NCBI GenBank assembly: GCA_011391125.1
Contig: JAABRE010000007.1
Span: forward strand, 30,660 to 94,659
Reading direction: 5' to 3'
Origin: Synechococcales cyanobacterium S06
Lineage (GTDB): Bacteria; Cyanobacteriota; Cyanobacteriia; Cyanobacteriales; JAABRE01
DNA length: 64,000 bases
Positions 16,684 through 26,046 of the stretch are shown in pieces; the stretch's first letter is position 1; each line of letters opens with the position of its first letter. The position numbers and the translations under genes are program-made. Under the pieces are notes generated by a model. The model was not told the origin of the DNA. It searched no databases and worked only from the letters and a program-made list of their open reading frames with translations.

Positions 16684-18021
16684 ATGTCCGAATTTCTGAG
16701 TGAAATTATTATTATATTCCTCTTAATTTTCACAAATGGAGTGTTTGCCTTAGCTGAAATGGCAATAGTTTCAGCAAGAAAAATTCGTTTAGAACAACAG
16801 GCCATTAAAGGAAATCATCGAGCCCAAATTGCTTTAGATTTGGCAAATAATCCCAATCAAATTTTATCCACCGTACAAATTGGCATTACTTTAATTGGTA
16901 TATTTGCGGGAGCTTTTGGGGGAGCAAATATGGCGAAAGAATTAGGGATATTTTTAAATAGAATACCAAGTGTAGGAAATCATAGCCAAGCAATTGCTTT
17001 AAGTATTGTGGTAATTGCGATAACTTATGTATCTTTAGTAATAGGAGAACTTGTTCCCAAAAGATTAGCTTTAAGTGCTCCCGAAGTTATTGCTTGTAAT
17101 TTAGCATTACCCTTAAAAATGTTAGCTAATTTAGTAGCTCCGATTGTACATTTATTAAGTGTTTCCACTGACTTAATTTTATATTTTTTAGGAATTAAAA
17201 CCCTGATTAATGAAAATTTAGTAACCAGTGATGAAATCAAAATAATGATCAAACAAGGAACTGAGGCTGGAATGTTTGCTATTGCAGAACAAGATATGTT
17301 AGAGAGAGTTTTAAAATTAAATGAGAGAAAAGTAAGTACAATAATGACAGCAAGACCAGAAATTATTTGGTTAAATTTAGAAGATTCAGTAACAATTAAT
17401 CGTCAAAAAATAATTAACAGCAATCATACTCGTTTCCCCGTTTCTAAGGGTAACTTAGACCAAGTTTTAGGAATTACTCACGTCACGGATTTATTAGCAG
17501 GATGTCTCAGTGACAAAGATTTTGCCTTAACCTTTTGTTTACATCAACCATTATTTGTACCGGAGATTACCCCTAGTTTAAAAATGTTAGAAATTTTTAA
17601 ACAAACAGGTCATCATCTTACTTTAGTTGTGGATGAATATGGGGTAGTTCAAGGATTAGTAACTATTAACGATATTTTAGAAGCAATTATCGGCGACTTA
17701 CCCAAAATTTATCAAGAAAATAACACCCCAATTAGACAAAGAGAAGATGGTTCATGGTTACTAGATGGAGTAATCTTAGTGGAAGACTTTAAAGAATTAT
17801 TGAATATTAAAGAACTTCCGGGAGAAAATAGAGGAAACTATCACACATTAGGAGGATTTATGATTACCAAATTAGGGAAAATTCCAGTACCAACAGAATA
17901 TTTTGAATGGCAAGGTTTTCGTTTTGAAGTAATGGACATGAAAGGAAATCGAGTAAATAAAGTATTAATAACTCCCTTAAATAAACCCCAAATGTTCCAA
18001 CAAAATTTTACTACCAATTAG
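16684..18021 (+). CDS. HlyC/CorC (CNNM) family transporter: DUF21 membrane domain + CBS pair + CorC_HlyC
   Basis: 445 aa. The N-terminus FALAEMAIVSARKIRLEQ is typical of DUF21, the middle is CBS-like, and the C-terminus LGGFMITKLGKIPVPTEYFEWQGFRFEVMDMKGNRVNKVLI is CorC_HlyC-like. Confidence 0.85.
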   Translation: MSEFLSEIIIIFLLIFTNGVFALAEMAIVSARKIRLEQQAIKGNHRAQIALDLANNPNQILSTVQIGITLIGIFAGAFGGANMAKELGIFLNRIPSVGNHSQAIALSIVVIAITYVSLVIGELVPKRLALSAPEVIACNLALPLKMLANLVAPIVHLLSVSTDLILYFLGIKTLINENLVTSDEIKIMIKQGTEAGMFAIAEQDMLERVLKLNERKVSTIMTARPEIIWLNLEDSVTINRQKIINSNHTRFPVSKGNLDQVLGITHVTDLLAGCLSDKDFALTFCLHQPLFVPEITPSLKMLEIFKQTGHHLTLVVDEYGVVQGLVTINDILEAIIGDLPKIYQENNTPIRQREDGSWLLDGVILVEDFKELLNIKELPGENRGNYHTLGGFMITKLGKIPVPTEYFEWQGFRFEVMDMKGNRVNKVLITPLNKPQMFQQNFTTN

Positions 18022-18537
18022 AATTAAAATAACTCCTCCTAAGAGTTCAATTTTATTGTTAAATAAACCGCCAAAACGATGACCAATAAAAACTCCCAGA
18101 AAAGATAAACCAAAGGTAATTACTCCAATAATAGTAGCAGCTTCAATGATGGAAGTTTTAATAACAGAAAGACTTAAACCAACGGCCAAAGCATCAATAC
18201 TGGTAGCAATTGCTAATCCAAATAAAGTATAGGTATCAAGGGGATTAAATCCTTCTTCCTCTTCTTCTGAGAAAGATTCATAAATCATTTTGCCACCAAT
18301 TAAACTTAATAAACCAAAAGCAATCCAATGGTCAACACTCGCAAACAAATCACGAAAAACTAGGCCACCAACCCAACCAATTAAAGGCATTAAATACTGA
18401 AAACCGCCAAAAAATAGCGCAATTTTCAAAGCTTTATTCACCTTCAAATTTTTAATTAATAAACCACTACTTAAAGACACCGCAAAAGCATCAGCTGCCA
18501 ACCCCAAAGCGATTAAAACCAAACTTCCTAACTGCAT
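17977..18537 (-). CDS. mntP: Manganese efflux pump MntP
   Basis: 186-aa polytopic protein. LAADAFAVSLSSG and SIDALAVGLSL are the duplicated MntP half-motifs, and the ending GSKILLEHL is typical. Its 3' end overlaps the convergent gene by 45 bp. Confidence 0.8.
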   Translation of the reverse strand: MQLGSLVLIALGLAADAFAVSLSSGLLIKNLKVNKALKIALFFGGFQYLMPLIGWVGGLVFRDLFASVDHWIAFGLLSLIGGKMIYESFSEEEEEGFNPLDTYTLFGLAIATSIDALAVGLSLSVIKTSIIEAATIIGVITFGLSFLGVFIGHRFGGLFNNKIELLGGVILILIGSKILLEHLGFI

Positions 18538-19105
18538 AAAAACTCCCTAGATATAACCACAGTAATTTTAACCTAATTTTTAGATATTAAATCATCATAA
18601 TTAATTCATTATTCTGTCATAATCCTATTAATATTTACCCTTATTTATTAGTGGTTAATAAAATAGATTTTCCTAATTAAAATTTAAAAATATTTAATTA
18701 CCCAGATTTCCCTGGCAAAGATAAGTTTTTCTTATCTAAAAAACTATTTAGTTTTAATCTTTAAATGTGTCAGGGAATCATGATATGATAAATATTCTCA
18801 ATAATTTAACGATTTTAGGTTTTTATAGCGTTTGACTTGACACCCATTTTTTAATTCGTTAATATGAAATGATATAATTTGCTTAATGCCATAGCTATTT
18901 TTACTACCCAAAAAATCAAAATTAAGTCTATATAAGCATTTCAGAGCTTTTATTATAAATAATAATTTATCAACTCGTAAAATATAGATTTCTCAGTCAC
19001 TGTGACAGTTGTAAAAGTGTCACACAACCTATTGACAGTTTTAGCAGAGTATGTATTGCGAAAAAACCTAGTATTTCCTATTTTTGAGGGGATATTTTGG
19101 CAATT

Positions 19106-19210
19106 TATAGCCAAATAGTTGACATTTTACCTCTCTTTCCCCCTCTCCCTTTGGGATGAGGGGGGTAGGGGGGTGAGGGGGTAGATAACATTTAATCAGA
19201 AAATGCTATA
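19106..19210 (+). repeat. MITE-like element family A, copy 1 (105 bp)
   Basis: The ends are tatagcc... and ...aatcagaaaatgctata (TIR-like TATAGCATTTT). The core is ccctctccctttgggatgagggg plus G-rich blocks. It abuts the stop codon of the radical SAM gene. Confidence 0.7.
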
Positions 19211-19213
19211 TTA

Positions 19214-20773
19214 TTAAGCTACTTTTTGGAGTAGGTTTTTTTCTTGTTCCTTAAAAGTGCGTAATTGCTGTTGGATTTCATCCCGAACAATCTGTCGATA
19301 TTCTAAGAAATGTTCGTTATGGGCACAGACAGTTAAATAATGTTCCCAGACAGCAGGATTATGTTTAAAAATGCCGAAAAGGTTACGCCAAAATTGCCAA
19401 CGGGTATCCCTTTTGATACCTTGTCGCCAAATCACAATTCCCAAAGCTTTAATATCAATCCATTCAGGAAATTTAGCGGGAGGATGACATTTTGGAGCGC
19501 CTAATTTTAGGAAACAACGATAAATTCGATCTAAATATTTATGGGGGTCATAAAGTTCCCAAAAAGCCTCCACATATTCATTAGCAATATCCTCTAAAGG
19601 ACGAGTGGGAATAAAGTTAATTAACGTGGTTTGGTTAATAGTTCCGTCCTTCTCATCTAGGAGACGATTTTCCTTGTTTAAACGATGCCATAATGCAGTA
19701 TTAGGTAATGCTTGTAACATCGCAAAAGTCGTAGTCGGTATGGCTGTTAGCTCCGCAAAACGCACAATGCGATCGCCTGCGCCTTTTTTTTCACCATCAA
19801 AACCGATAATAAAACCAGCCATGGGTCGCAAACCAGTGCGAATAATTTTATCCACAGAATCCGCCAAAGAATTGCGAGTATTTTGATATTTTTTGGTTAA
19901 AGCTAAACTAGCTTCATCGGGAGTTTCAATCCCCAAAAATACCGCATCAAAATAACATTCGACCATTAAATCCATTAACTCTTGATCATCAGCTAAATCG
20001 ATGGAAGCTTCCGTATTAAAACGGAAAGGGTAATTATGTTCAGCTTGCCAAACTTTTAGCTCCTTTAAGAATAGTTTGACATTGCGTTTATTGCCGATAA
20101 AATTATCGTCAACCATAAACACACCCCGTCGCCAATTTAACTCATAAAGGTAATCCAACTCTGCTAATAATTGAGCAGGAGTTTTCGTTCGAGGTTTTCT
20201 TCCATACAGGACAATAATGTCACAAAATTCGCACTGAAACGGACAACCTCGGGAAAATTGTACCGACATGGAATCATATTGATCTAATTGTAATAATTCA
20301 TATCTAGGGATAGGAGTTGTCGTCACATCCGGTTTTTCCGTAGTTCTAAAAATACCCCTTGTTTCTCCCCTTTCGATCGCTTCCACAAACATCGGAAGGG
20401 TAATTTCTCCCTCATCTAAGATAAGAAAATCAGCACCGGCCTGTTCCACTTCCTGTGGTACAGAAGTCGCATAAGGACCTCCCACGGCCACTAATTTTCC
20501 CCGACCTTTTGCCTCCTTAATTTGTAACAATAAATCCTGCTTTTGAACAATCATACCGGACATAATTACGATATCAGCCCAGTTCCATTCGTCCTCTGTA
20601 GCCGTCCTAATATTGCGATCTACCAGCTTGAATTCCCATTTTTGAGGTAAAATGGCCGCAACGGTAACTAACCCCAAAGGTGGCAATAAAACCTTGCGGT
20701 TGACTAATTCTAAGATTTTTTCATAGGACCAAAATGTCGGTGGGAAAATTGGATATATTAAAAGAATTTTCAT
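19214..20773 (-). CDS. B12-binding domain radical SAM protein with a DUF4070-type C-terminus
   Basis: 519 aa with a cobalamin-binding-like N-terminal Rossmann segment (ADIVIMSGMIVQ...LVAVGGPYAT), the radical SAM cluster motif SRGCPFQCEFCD, and a conserved C-terminal extension. Confidence 0.85.
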   Translation of the reverse strand: MKILLIYPIFPPTFWSYEKILELVNRKVLLPPLGLVTVAAILPQKWEFKLVDRNIRTATEDEWNWADIVIMSGMIVQKQDLLLQIKEAKGRGKLVAVGGPYATSVPQEVEQAGADFLILDEGEITLPMFVEAIERGETRGIFRTTEKPDVTTTPIPRYELLQLDQYDSMSVQFSRGCPFQCEFCDIIVLYGRKPRTKTPAQLLAELDYLYELNWRRGVFMVDDNFIGNKRNVKLFLKELKVWQAEHNYPFRFNTEASIDLADDQELMDLMVECYFDAVFLGIETPDEASLALTKKYQNTRNSLADSVDKIIRTGLRPMAGFIIGFDGEKKGAGDRIVRFAELTAIPTTTFAMLQALPNTALWHRLNKENRLLDEKDGTINQTTLINFIPTRPLEDIANEYVEAFWELYDPHKYLDRIYRCFLKLGAPKCHPPAKFPEWIDIKALGIVIWRQGIKRDTRWQFWRNLFGIFKHNPAVWEHYLTVCAHNEHFLEYRQIVRDEIQQQLRTFKEQEKNLLQKVA

Positions 20774-20836
20774 CTTGGTTAATTATTCTGTTTGTTATTT
20801 GTTATTTTATTTATAACAGTTTTTTTTTGTGACAGA

Positions 20837-20937
20837 GGGGTTAATCGTTTGTTCAAGAGGCCAGGGTTTTTGTCTCACGCAAAGACGCTAAGGCGCAAAG
20901 GGGGGTTAATCGTTTGTTCAATAGACTTGGGTTTTTT
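20837..20937. repeat. CTCACGCAAAG-family repeat with duplicated ggggttaatcgtttgttcaa module
   Basis: Module 20837-20871, ctcacgcaaagacgctaaggcgcaaag at 20874-20900, then module 20901-20937. It lies in the divergent intergenic region between the radical SAM gene and the IMPase-like gene. Confidence 0.75.
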
Positions 20938-20954
20938 AGGGAGTTTTTATTTTT

Positions 20955-21824
20955 ATGTGTGATCATTTACGCCCTCTTGATATTTTTAGGGTTTTACTTC
21001 CAACTTTAAGATTGGCGGCAAATTATGCTTGTAATATTCAGCAAAAGGTCCAAGTTCAACCAGAAAAGTCTCAGTATGGGGATAATTTCTATGCTACTGC
21101 TTTGACGGATGCTGATTTAACGATCCAAACTGCGGTGGAATTGGCTCTGTTGGCCTATTTTCCTGAGATTCATTTCTTTGGTGAGGAATATGAAAGGTCC
21201 TATAATACTAAGTATTTCTCAAGTATTAATTTGGGAGAGAATTTGTTAGTAACTTTAGATCCCATTGATGGTACTAGGTTTTATTTGGATGGTTTTGACG
21301 GTTTTTCTATTATTATTAGTATCATTAAAGATAATTACTATCAAGGTGCTTTAGTTATCCAACCTAAACGCGAATGTTATTATTATTCTATTCGGGGTAA
21401 GGGTGTCTTTTTTGCTAATCTTTATCAGGATTTAGATGATGCTAAACCTTTACATTTAGCTCCCCTTTCTTCTCATAAAATTTATCTCAGTTTTGCTCTC
21501 TCAAATTTGAAGTCTGTTTTAGTCGATGACTTTGAAACTTGGTGTAGTGGAATTGATTATTCTTTGGCTCAAAAACCGGCGGAATATTTGGATTTATTTT
21601 ACGGTAATTTGGCCGGTATTATTTTAGCCCATGGTAATTTGATTGATAGTGCTGTTTTGGCTTTTATGGCGGAAGAATTGGGAGCAATTGTTTCTACTTA
21701 TTCGGGAGAAAATTGGCAGCCTTTTTACAACGTGAAAAATATGAGAATACCTGGTTTAATTATTGCTTATAATCGGGAAATTCATCAAAAGTTAGTTGAT
21801 AAGTTGTCGGTTTCACCTCTGTAA
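20955..21824 (+). CDS. Inositol monophosphatase / FBPase-fold family protein
   Basis: 289 aa. FFGEE (metal-binding Glu) and LDPIDGTRFY (the DPIDGT motif) are present. The C-terminal half is divergent. Confidence 0.6.
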   Translation: MCDHLRPLDIFRVLLPTLRLAANYACNIQQKVQVQPEKSQYGDNFYATALTDADLTIQTAVELALLAYFPEIHFFGEEYERSYNTKYFSSINLGENLLVTLDPIDGTRFYLDGFDGFSIIISIIKDNYYQGALVIQPKRECYYYSIRGKGVFFANLYQDLDDAKPLHLAPLSSHKIYLSFALSNLKSVLVDDFETWCSGIDYSLAQKPAEYLDLFYGNLAGIILAHGNLIDSAVLAFMAEELGAIVSTYSGENWQPFYNVKNMRIPGLIIAYNREIHQKLVDKLSVSPL

Positions 21825-22268
21825 TTTGGTTTTTTCTCACGCAAATAGGCCAAGTTGCCAAGGGAATTTTCCCGATGATTACTAGGTTATTTCATAAGTT
21901 GAAGTCTCAAGTTTTGGCAATCCAATATTATTTCTCTTTTAAGGGTGTTGAAACAATAATTACAGGAGTTACATGGAGATAAATTAGCAAAAATTATTCT
22001 CTATGGTTCTTCTGCTAAAGGTTTTCAGGTAGTAGTGCATAGCAATTATCTACTTTTAAAGACATAGACTTCAGCTAACCATGAAAATTAAATCAGTAAA
22101 GTTGGTTATTTTAAATTTAAGCGAGCCTTCTAATCATGAACAAAATACCAGAGAACTGCTGGCAGCCCCCCAATCAAAAAAAATGCTTATTAATCCTTAA
22201 GTATTGATTTTTTAAAGTGCTTGACAAGCATATCATAAAAATTTATAATCAAGATATTAATCAATTTC

Positions 22269-25200
22269 TTGGTTGAAATAAAAATTATGGTAGCCACAGT
22301 AAATATAAGTAACGGATACCTTGTTGAAGGTACTAACATAGGTACAGATGGTAAGTCTTTCTTGAATTTCACTATTTCCCTCAGTGAACCATTAACCAGT
22401 CCTCAAAGTATTAAGTATGCAACATTTAATGGTACAGCCACGGGAGGAAGCAGCAATACTAGTGATTATCTGAGTACAACTACTGGTAGTATCACCTTTG
22501 CTGCCGGAGAAATCGTTAAAACCATCAGCATTCAGGTTTTTAATGACAACATTACCGAATTAGACGAAAGCTTTTATCTGAATGTCTTTATTCCTAAGGA
22601 TAGTTTTCTATATACGTTATTAAAATTCGAAGATCCTACCATTCCAGGTACTGACATTTTATCCGGTACAGCCACCGGAATTATTAGCGATACAATATAC
22701 AAGGATGCTAGTTATACCCTAGAGCCTACGGTTGAAAACCTAACTTTAACGGGTACAGGTAATTTTTCCGGTACAGGTAACGACTTAAATAATATTATCA
22801 CCGGTAACAGTGGAGCTAACAATTTAGTAGGAGGAGTAGGAAATGACACCCTAGAAGGAAAAGGAGGAGACGACACTCTCACCGGTGGATCGGGCAATGA
22901 TGTCTATATTATCAGTAATCAAGCCGGTATCGTAGAAGCCGAGAACTCGATTATTAATGGTAATGACACGGTTTTATCCTCCGTCAGTTATACTTTACCA
23001 GCTAACGTTGAAAATTTAACCCTAACAGGAAGCGGACTGATCGATGGTACAGGTAATGCCTTAAATAATAATCTTGTTGGTAATGGCCGCAATAATATTT
23101 TAACGGGGGATGAAGGTAGTGATACCCTTGACGGTGGAGCTGGTAATGATACCCTGAGGGGGGGTTTAGGTGATGACTACTATGTTATCGCTCAATTAGG
23201 TGACAAAATAGAAGGAGAAACTTCTGTCGGTGGTATTGACACCGTTGTCTCCTCATTGAATTACAGATTAGGAGCTAATTTAGAGAACCTGGTATTGACC
23301 AGAAATGCCCTTCAAGGTACAGGTAATACCTTAAATAATAAAATTGTTGGGAACAATTTAGGCAACACTCTTAACGGTGGTAACGGTAGTGATACCCTTG
23401 ACGGAGGTGCTGGGGATGATACCCTAATTGGTGGCAATGCAGATGATTTCTATCTAGTTGACAGTGCCAATGATGTGATCACAGAAACCGCCACAGGTGG
23501 CAATTTAGATGTAGTTCAAGCTTCTGTTAACTATACATTAGGCGCTAATTTAGAAAAATTAATCCTGGCCCCTGGTACCGATAATCTCGAAGGTTTTGGC
23601 AACACTTTAAAAAATATCTTAGTTGGAAATGACGGCAATAACTTCCTAGATGGCGGAACTGGTGGTGACACCATGGAAGGGGGTAAGGGAAATGATACTT
23701 ATTTGATCAATGAAGTCAGCGATATAGTCACTGAAAAAACGGGTGAAGGTATAGATACCGTAGAAACAGAGATTAACAACTATACCCTACCCTTAAATGT
23801 TGACAACCTGAATCTGGCCGAGAAAGACACCATTTTAGTTGGTACAGGTAACACCCTCCCTAATGTTCTCATTGGCAATAGTTACAACAATACCCTGAAC
23901 GGTAATACCGGTAATGACACCCTAGATGGTGGTGTCGGAAATGATACCTTAAATGGTGGTACAGGTAATGATATCTATTACGTTGATAGTGTAGGCGATG
24001 TCATCACGGGAGAAGGTACGGACGTTAGCCCAGATTTAGTTATTTCCTCTGTTACTTACACTCTACCCTTAAATGTTGAACACTTGAACCTGGTAGGTTC
24101 TCTTAATTTATCAGGAACAGGTAACGACAGCAACAACAACATTATTGGCAATACAGGCAATAATACCCTAAATGGTGGCATTGGTAACGATAGTTTAACT
24201 GGTGGAGCTGGTAATGATAGTTTAATTGGTGGCACTGGAGATGATACCCTAGACGGTGGTTTAGGTGTCGATAGCTTAACTGGAGGCACTGGAAATGATC
24301 TATATCGCATCGATAGAATCAAGGATACCATTGTCGAAGAAACATTAGATGGAGGAATTGACACAGTAGAAGCTTCCTTTTCCTATATCCTTAAAGATCA
24401 CTTGGAAAATCTTACCCTTACCGGTACGGGTAATTTTAGTGGTACAGGAAACAGTGTTGCCAATATTATCAAAGGAAACACAGGTGCTAATGCCCTCAAT
24501 GGTCTAGATGGCAATGATAGCATTGACGGTGGTACAGGAAACGATATTATCCTTGGTGGTACAGGAGATGATACCCTCATCGGTGGTACAGGAAATGATA
24601 CCCTCATCGGTAATACAGGAAATGATAGTTATACCGTTGACACTTCCTTTGACGTAATTATCGAGCAAGCCAGTGAAGGTACAGATATCGTAACATTTAT
24701 TGGTACTACGGGTACTTATATCCTGAGTGACAATCTGGAAAACCTGACTCTGTTTGGTACAACTACCACAGCATTTGCTATTAACGGCACAGGTAACAGC
24801 TTAAACAACACCATCACTGGTAATATTGCGTCCAATATCATTGATGGTGGCACAGGTGCAGATATCTTAACTGGTGATAAAGGTAACGACATTTATTTGG
24901 TTGATAATGCTGGGGATAAGGTCTCTGAAACTTCCACTATTACCACAGAAATTGATACAGTCTTCTCCTCCGTAACTTATACCCTTACTAATAACGTCGA
25001 AAACCTTAACCTGACTGGTACAGCTAATCTCAACGGTACAGGTAATGACCTCAGGAATAACATCATTGGTAACGAAGGTAACAACACACTTAATGGTGGG
25101 GGTGGTAACGATATCCTTGACGGTGGTTTAGGAGTCGATAGTCTCATCGGTGGTTTAGGCAATGATACCTACATCGTTGATAATAGTGGGGACAAAGTAA

Positions 25201-25733
25201 CTGAAACTCTCAATCAAGGTACAGATACCGTTGTCAGTTTTATTAACTACACCTTAACTACAGACGTAGAAAACCTGACTCTTGGTGGTGTAGATAACAT
25301 CAATGGAACAGGCAATAATCAAAATAACTCCATTTACGGTAACAGTGGTGATAACATCCTTTACGGTGGTGGCGGAAATGATCTGCTTTACGGTGGAGCC
25401 GGTGCTGACAAATTTAACTATAACACTACAAAGCTATACGCCAGTTCGGCTATCGGCCTAGACGAAATTAATGATTTTAAGCCGGGTGAAGATAAAATCG
25501 TCCTTGGTAAAATTACCTTCGGTTTCCCACTTGCTCAGACTTCATTACTTGATAGTGATTTTGCTGTGGTTGATTTAGATGAGGCTGCTGAAGTTAGTCC
25601 AGCGAGGATTATTTATAGTCGCGAAACCGGTAACTTATTCTATAATCCTAATGGTGCTACTGAGGGAGATAACATTTTCCTACAATTACCCACGACAAAT
25701 AGCCTCTCTGCTAGTGATTTCTTATTAGAGTAG
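22269..25733 (+). CDS. Calx-beta domain + RTX-type calcium-binding repeat protein (about 1150 aa)
   Basis: The N-terminus has a Calx-beta pattern (ATFNGTATGGSSNTSDYLSTTTGSITFAAGEIVKTISIQVFNDNITELDESFYLNV). Ten ~95-aa modules follow, each with YTLxxNVENLxLTGxxNxxGTGN plus GGxGNDxLxGGxGxDxL nonapeptides. The likely true start is ATG at 22287 (the track start is TTG). Confidence 0.85.
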   Translation: MVEIKIMVATVNISNGYLVEGTNIGTDGKSFLNFTISLSEPLTSPQSIKYATFNGTATGGSSNTSDYLSTTTGSITFAAGEIVKTISIQVFNDNITELDESFYLNVFIPKDSFLYTLLKFEDPTIPGTDILSGTATGIISDTIYKDASYTLEPTVENLTLTGTGNFSGTGNDLNNIITGNSGANNLVGGVGNDTLEGKGGDDTLTGGSGNDVYIISNQAGIVEAENSIINGNDTVLSSVSYTLPANVENLTLTGSGLIDGTGNALNNNLVGNGRNNILTGDEGSDTLDGGAGNDTLRGGLGDDYYVIAQLGDKIEGETSVGGIDTVVSSLNYRLGANLENLVLTRNALQGTGNTLNNKIVGNNLGNTLNGGNGSDTLDGGAGDDTLIGGNADDFYLVDSANDVITETATGGNLDVVQASVNYTLGANLEKLILAPGTDNLEGFGNTLKNILVGNDGNNFLDGGTGGDTMEGGKGNDTYLINEVSDIVTEKTGEGIDTVETEINNYTLPLNVDNLNLAEKDTILVGTGNTLPNVLIGNSYNNTLNGNTGNDTLDGGVGNDTLNGGTGNDIYYVDSVGDVITGEGTDVSPDLVISSVTYTLPLNVEHLNLVGSLNLSGTGNDSNNNIIGNTGNNTLNGGIGNDSLTGGAGNDSLIGGTGDDTLDGGLGVDSLTGGTGNDLYRIDRIKDTIVEETLDGGIDTVEASFSYILKDHLENLTLTGTGNFSGTGNSVANIIKGNTGANALNGLDGNDSIDGGTGNDIILGGTGDDTLIGGTGNDTLIGNTGNDSYTVDTSFDVIIEQASEGTDIVTFIGTTGTYILSDNLENLTLFGTTTTAFAINGTGNSLNNTITGNIASNIIDGGTGADILTGDKGNDIYLVDNAGDKVSETSTITTEIDTVFSSVTYTLTNNVENLNLTGTANLNGTGNDLRNNIIGNEGNNTLNGGGGNDILDGGLGVDSLIGGLGNDTYIVDNSGDKVTETLNQGTDTVVSFINYTLTTDVENLTLGGVDNINGTGNNQNNSIYGNSGDNILYGGGGNDLLYGGAGADKFNYNTTKLYASSAIGLDEINDFKPGEDKIVLGKITFGFPLAQTSLLDSDFAVVDLDEAAEVSPARIIYSRETGNLFYNPNGATEGDNIFLQLPTTNSLSASDFLLE

Positions 25734-25773
25734 GTTTAATGGTGCATAACTGTTAGCAACTGAATCAAAAATT

Positions 25774-25810
25774 AGGAGAGAAATATTTTTTCTCTCCTGT
25801 TGTTTATTTT
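25774..25810 (+). terminator. Intrinsic terminator of the RTX gene
   Basis: A 10-bp stem (aggagagaaa / tttctctcct) with a 5-nt loop, followed by gttgtttatttt. It starts 41 nt after the stop codon. Confidence 0.6.
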
Positions 25811-25887
25811 AAATATTAATATTATTAAGACAAAAAAATGAAAAAATTAGAATAAATAAAAACTAGATGAAGTCAAACTATTAAACA

Positions 25888-25980
25888 GCTATATAATATT
25901 TTCTGATTAAGTCTTATATATCCCCTCATCCCAAAGGGAGAGGGGGAAAAAGAGGCAAAATATCAACTAAAAATGCTATA
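25888..25980 (-). repeat. MITE-like element family A, copy 2 (93 bp, inverted orientation)
   Basis: The ends are gctatataatattttctgatt... and ...aaaaatgctata. The core is cccctcatcccaaagggagaggggg. Confidence 0.7.
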
Positions 25981-26046
25981 TAATATTAATTAAAGTTACT
26001 GATTAGAGAAGGATAAAGATAGAGAAGATCAAAACAGACATCCCAA

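Noticed and set aside
18538-19105. yybP-ykoY manganese riboswitch upstream of mntP
   Set aside because: I looked for the conserved G-rich core and four-way-junction sequences on the minus strand and did not see them. I cannot exclude a divergent version without a covariance-model search.
19214-20773. Assigning the B12-radical SAM protein to a specific function such as a hopanoid methylase
   Set aside because: Only generic class-B radical SAM and DUF4070 features are visible, and no hopanoid or other pathway genes are adjacent. I kept the call generic.
22712-25162. Track ORFs 22712-22897, 24056-24364, 24398-24607 and 24977-25162 on the minus strand, inside the RTX gene
   Set aside because: They are Pro/Val/Ser-rich reverse-complement readings of the GGxGNDxL-encoding repeats. 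They lie wholly within a much longer, motif-rich plus-strand CDS.
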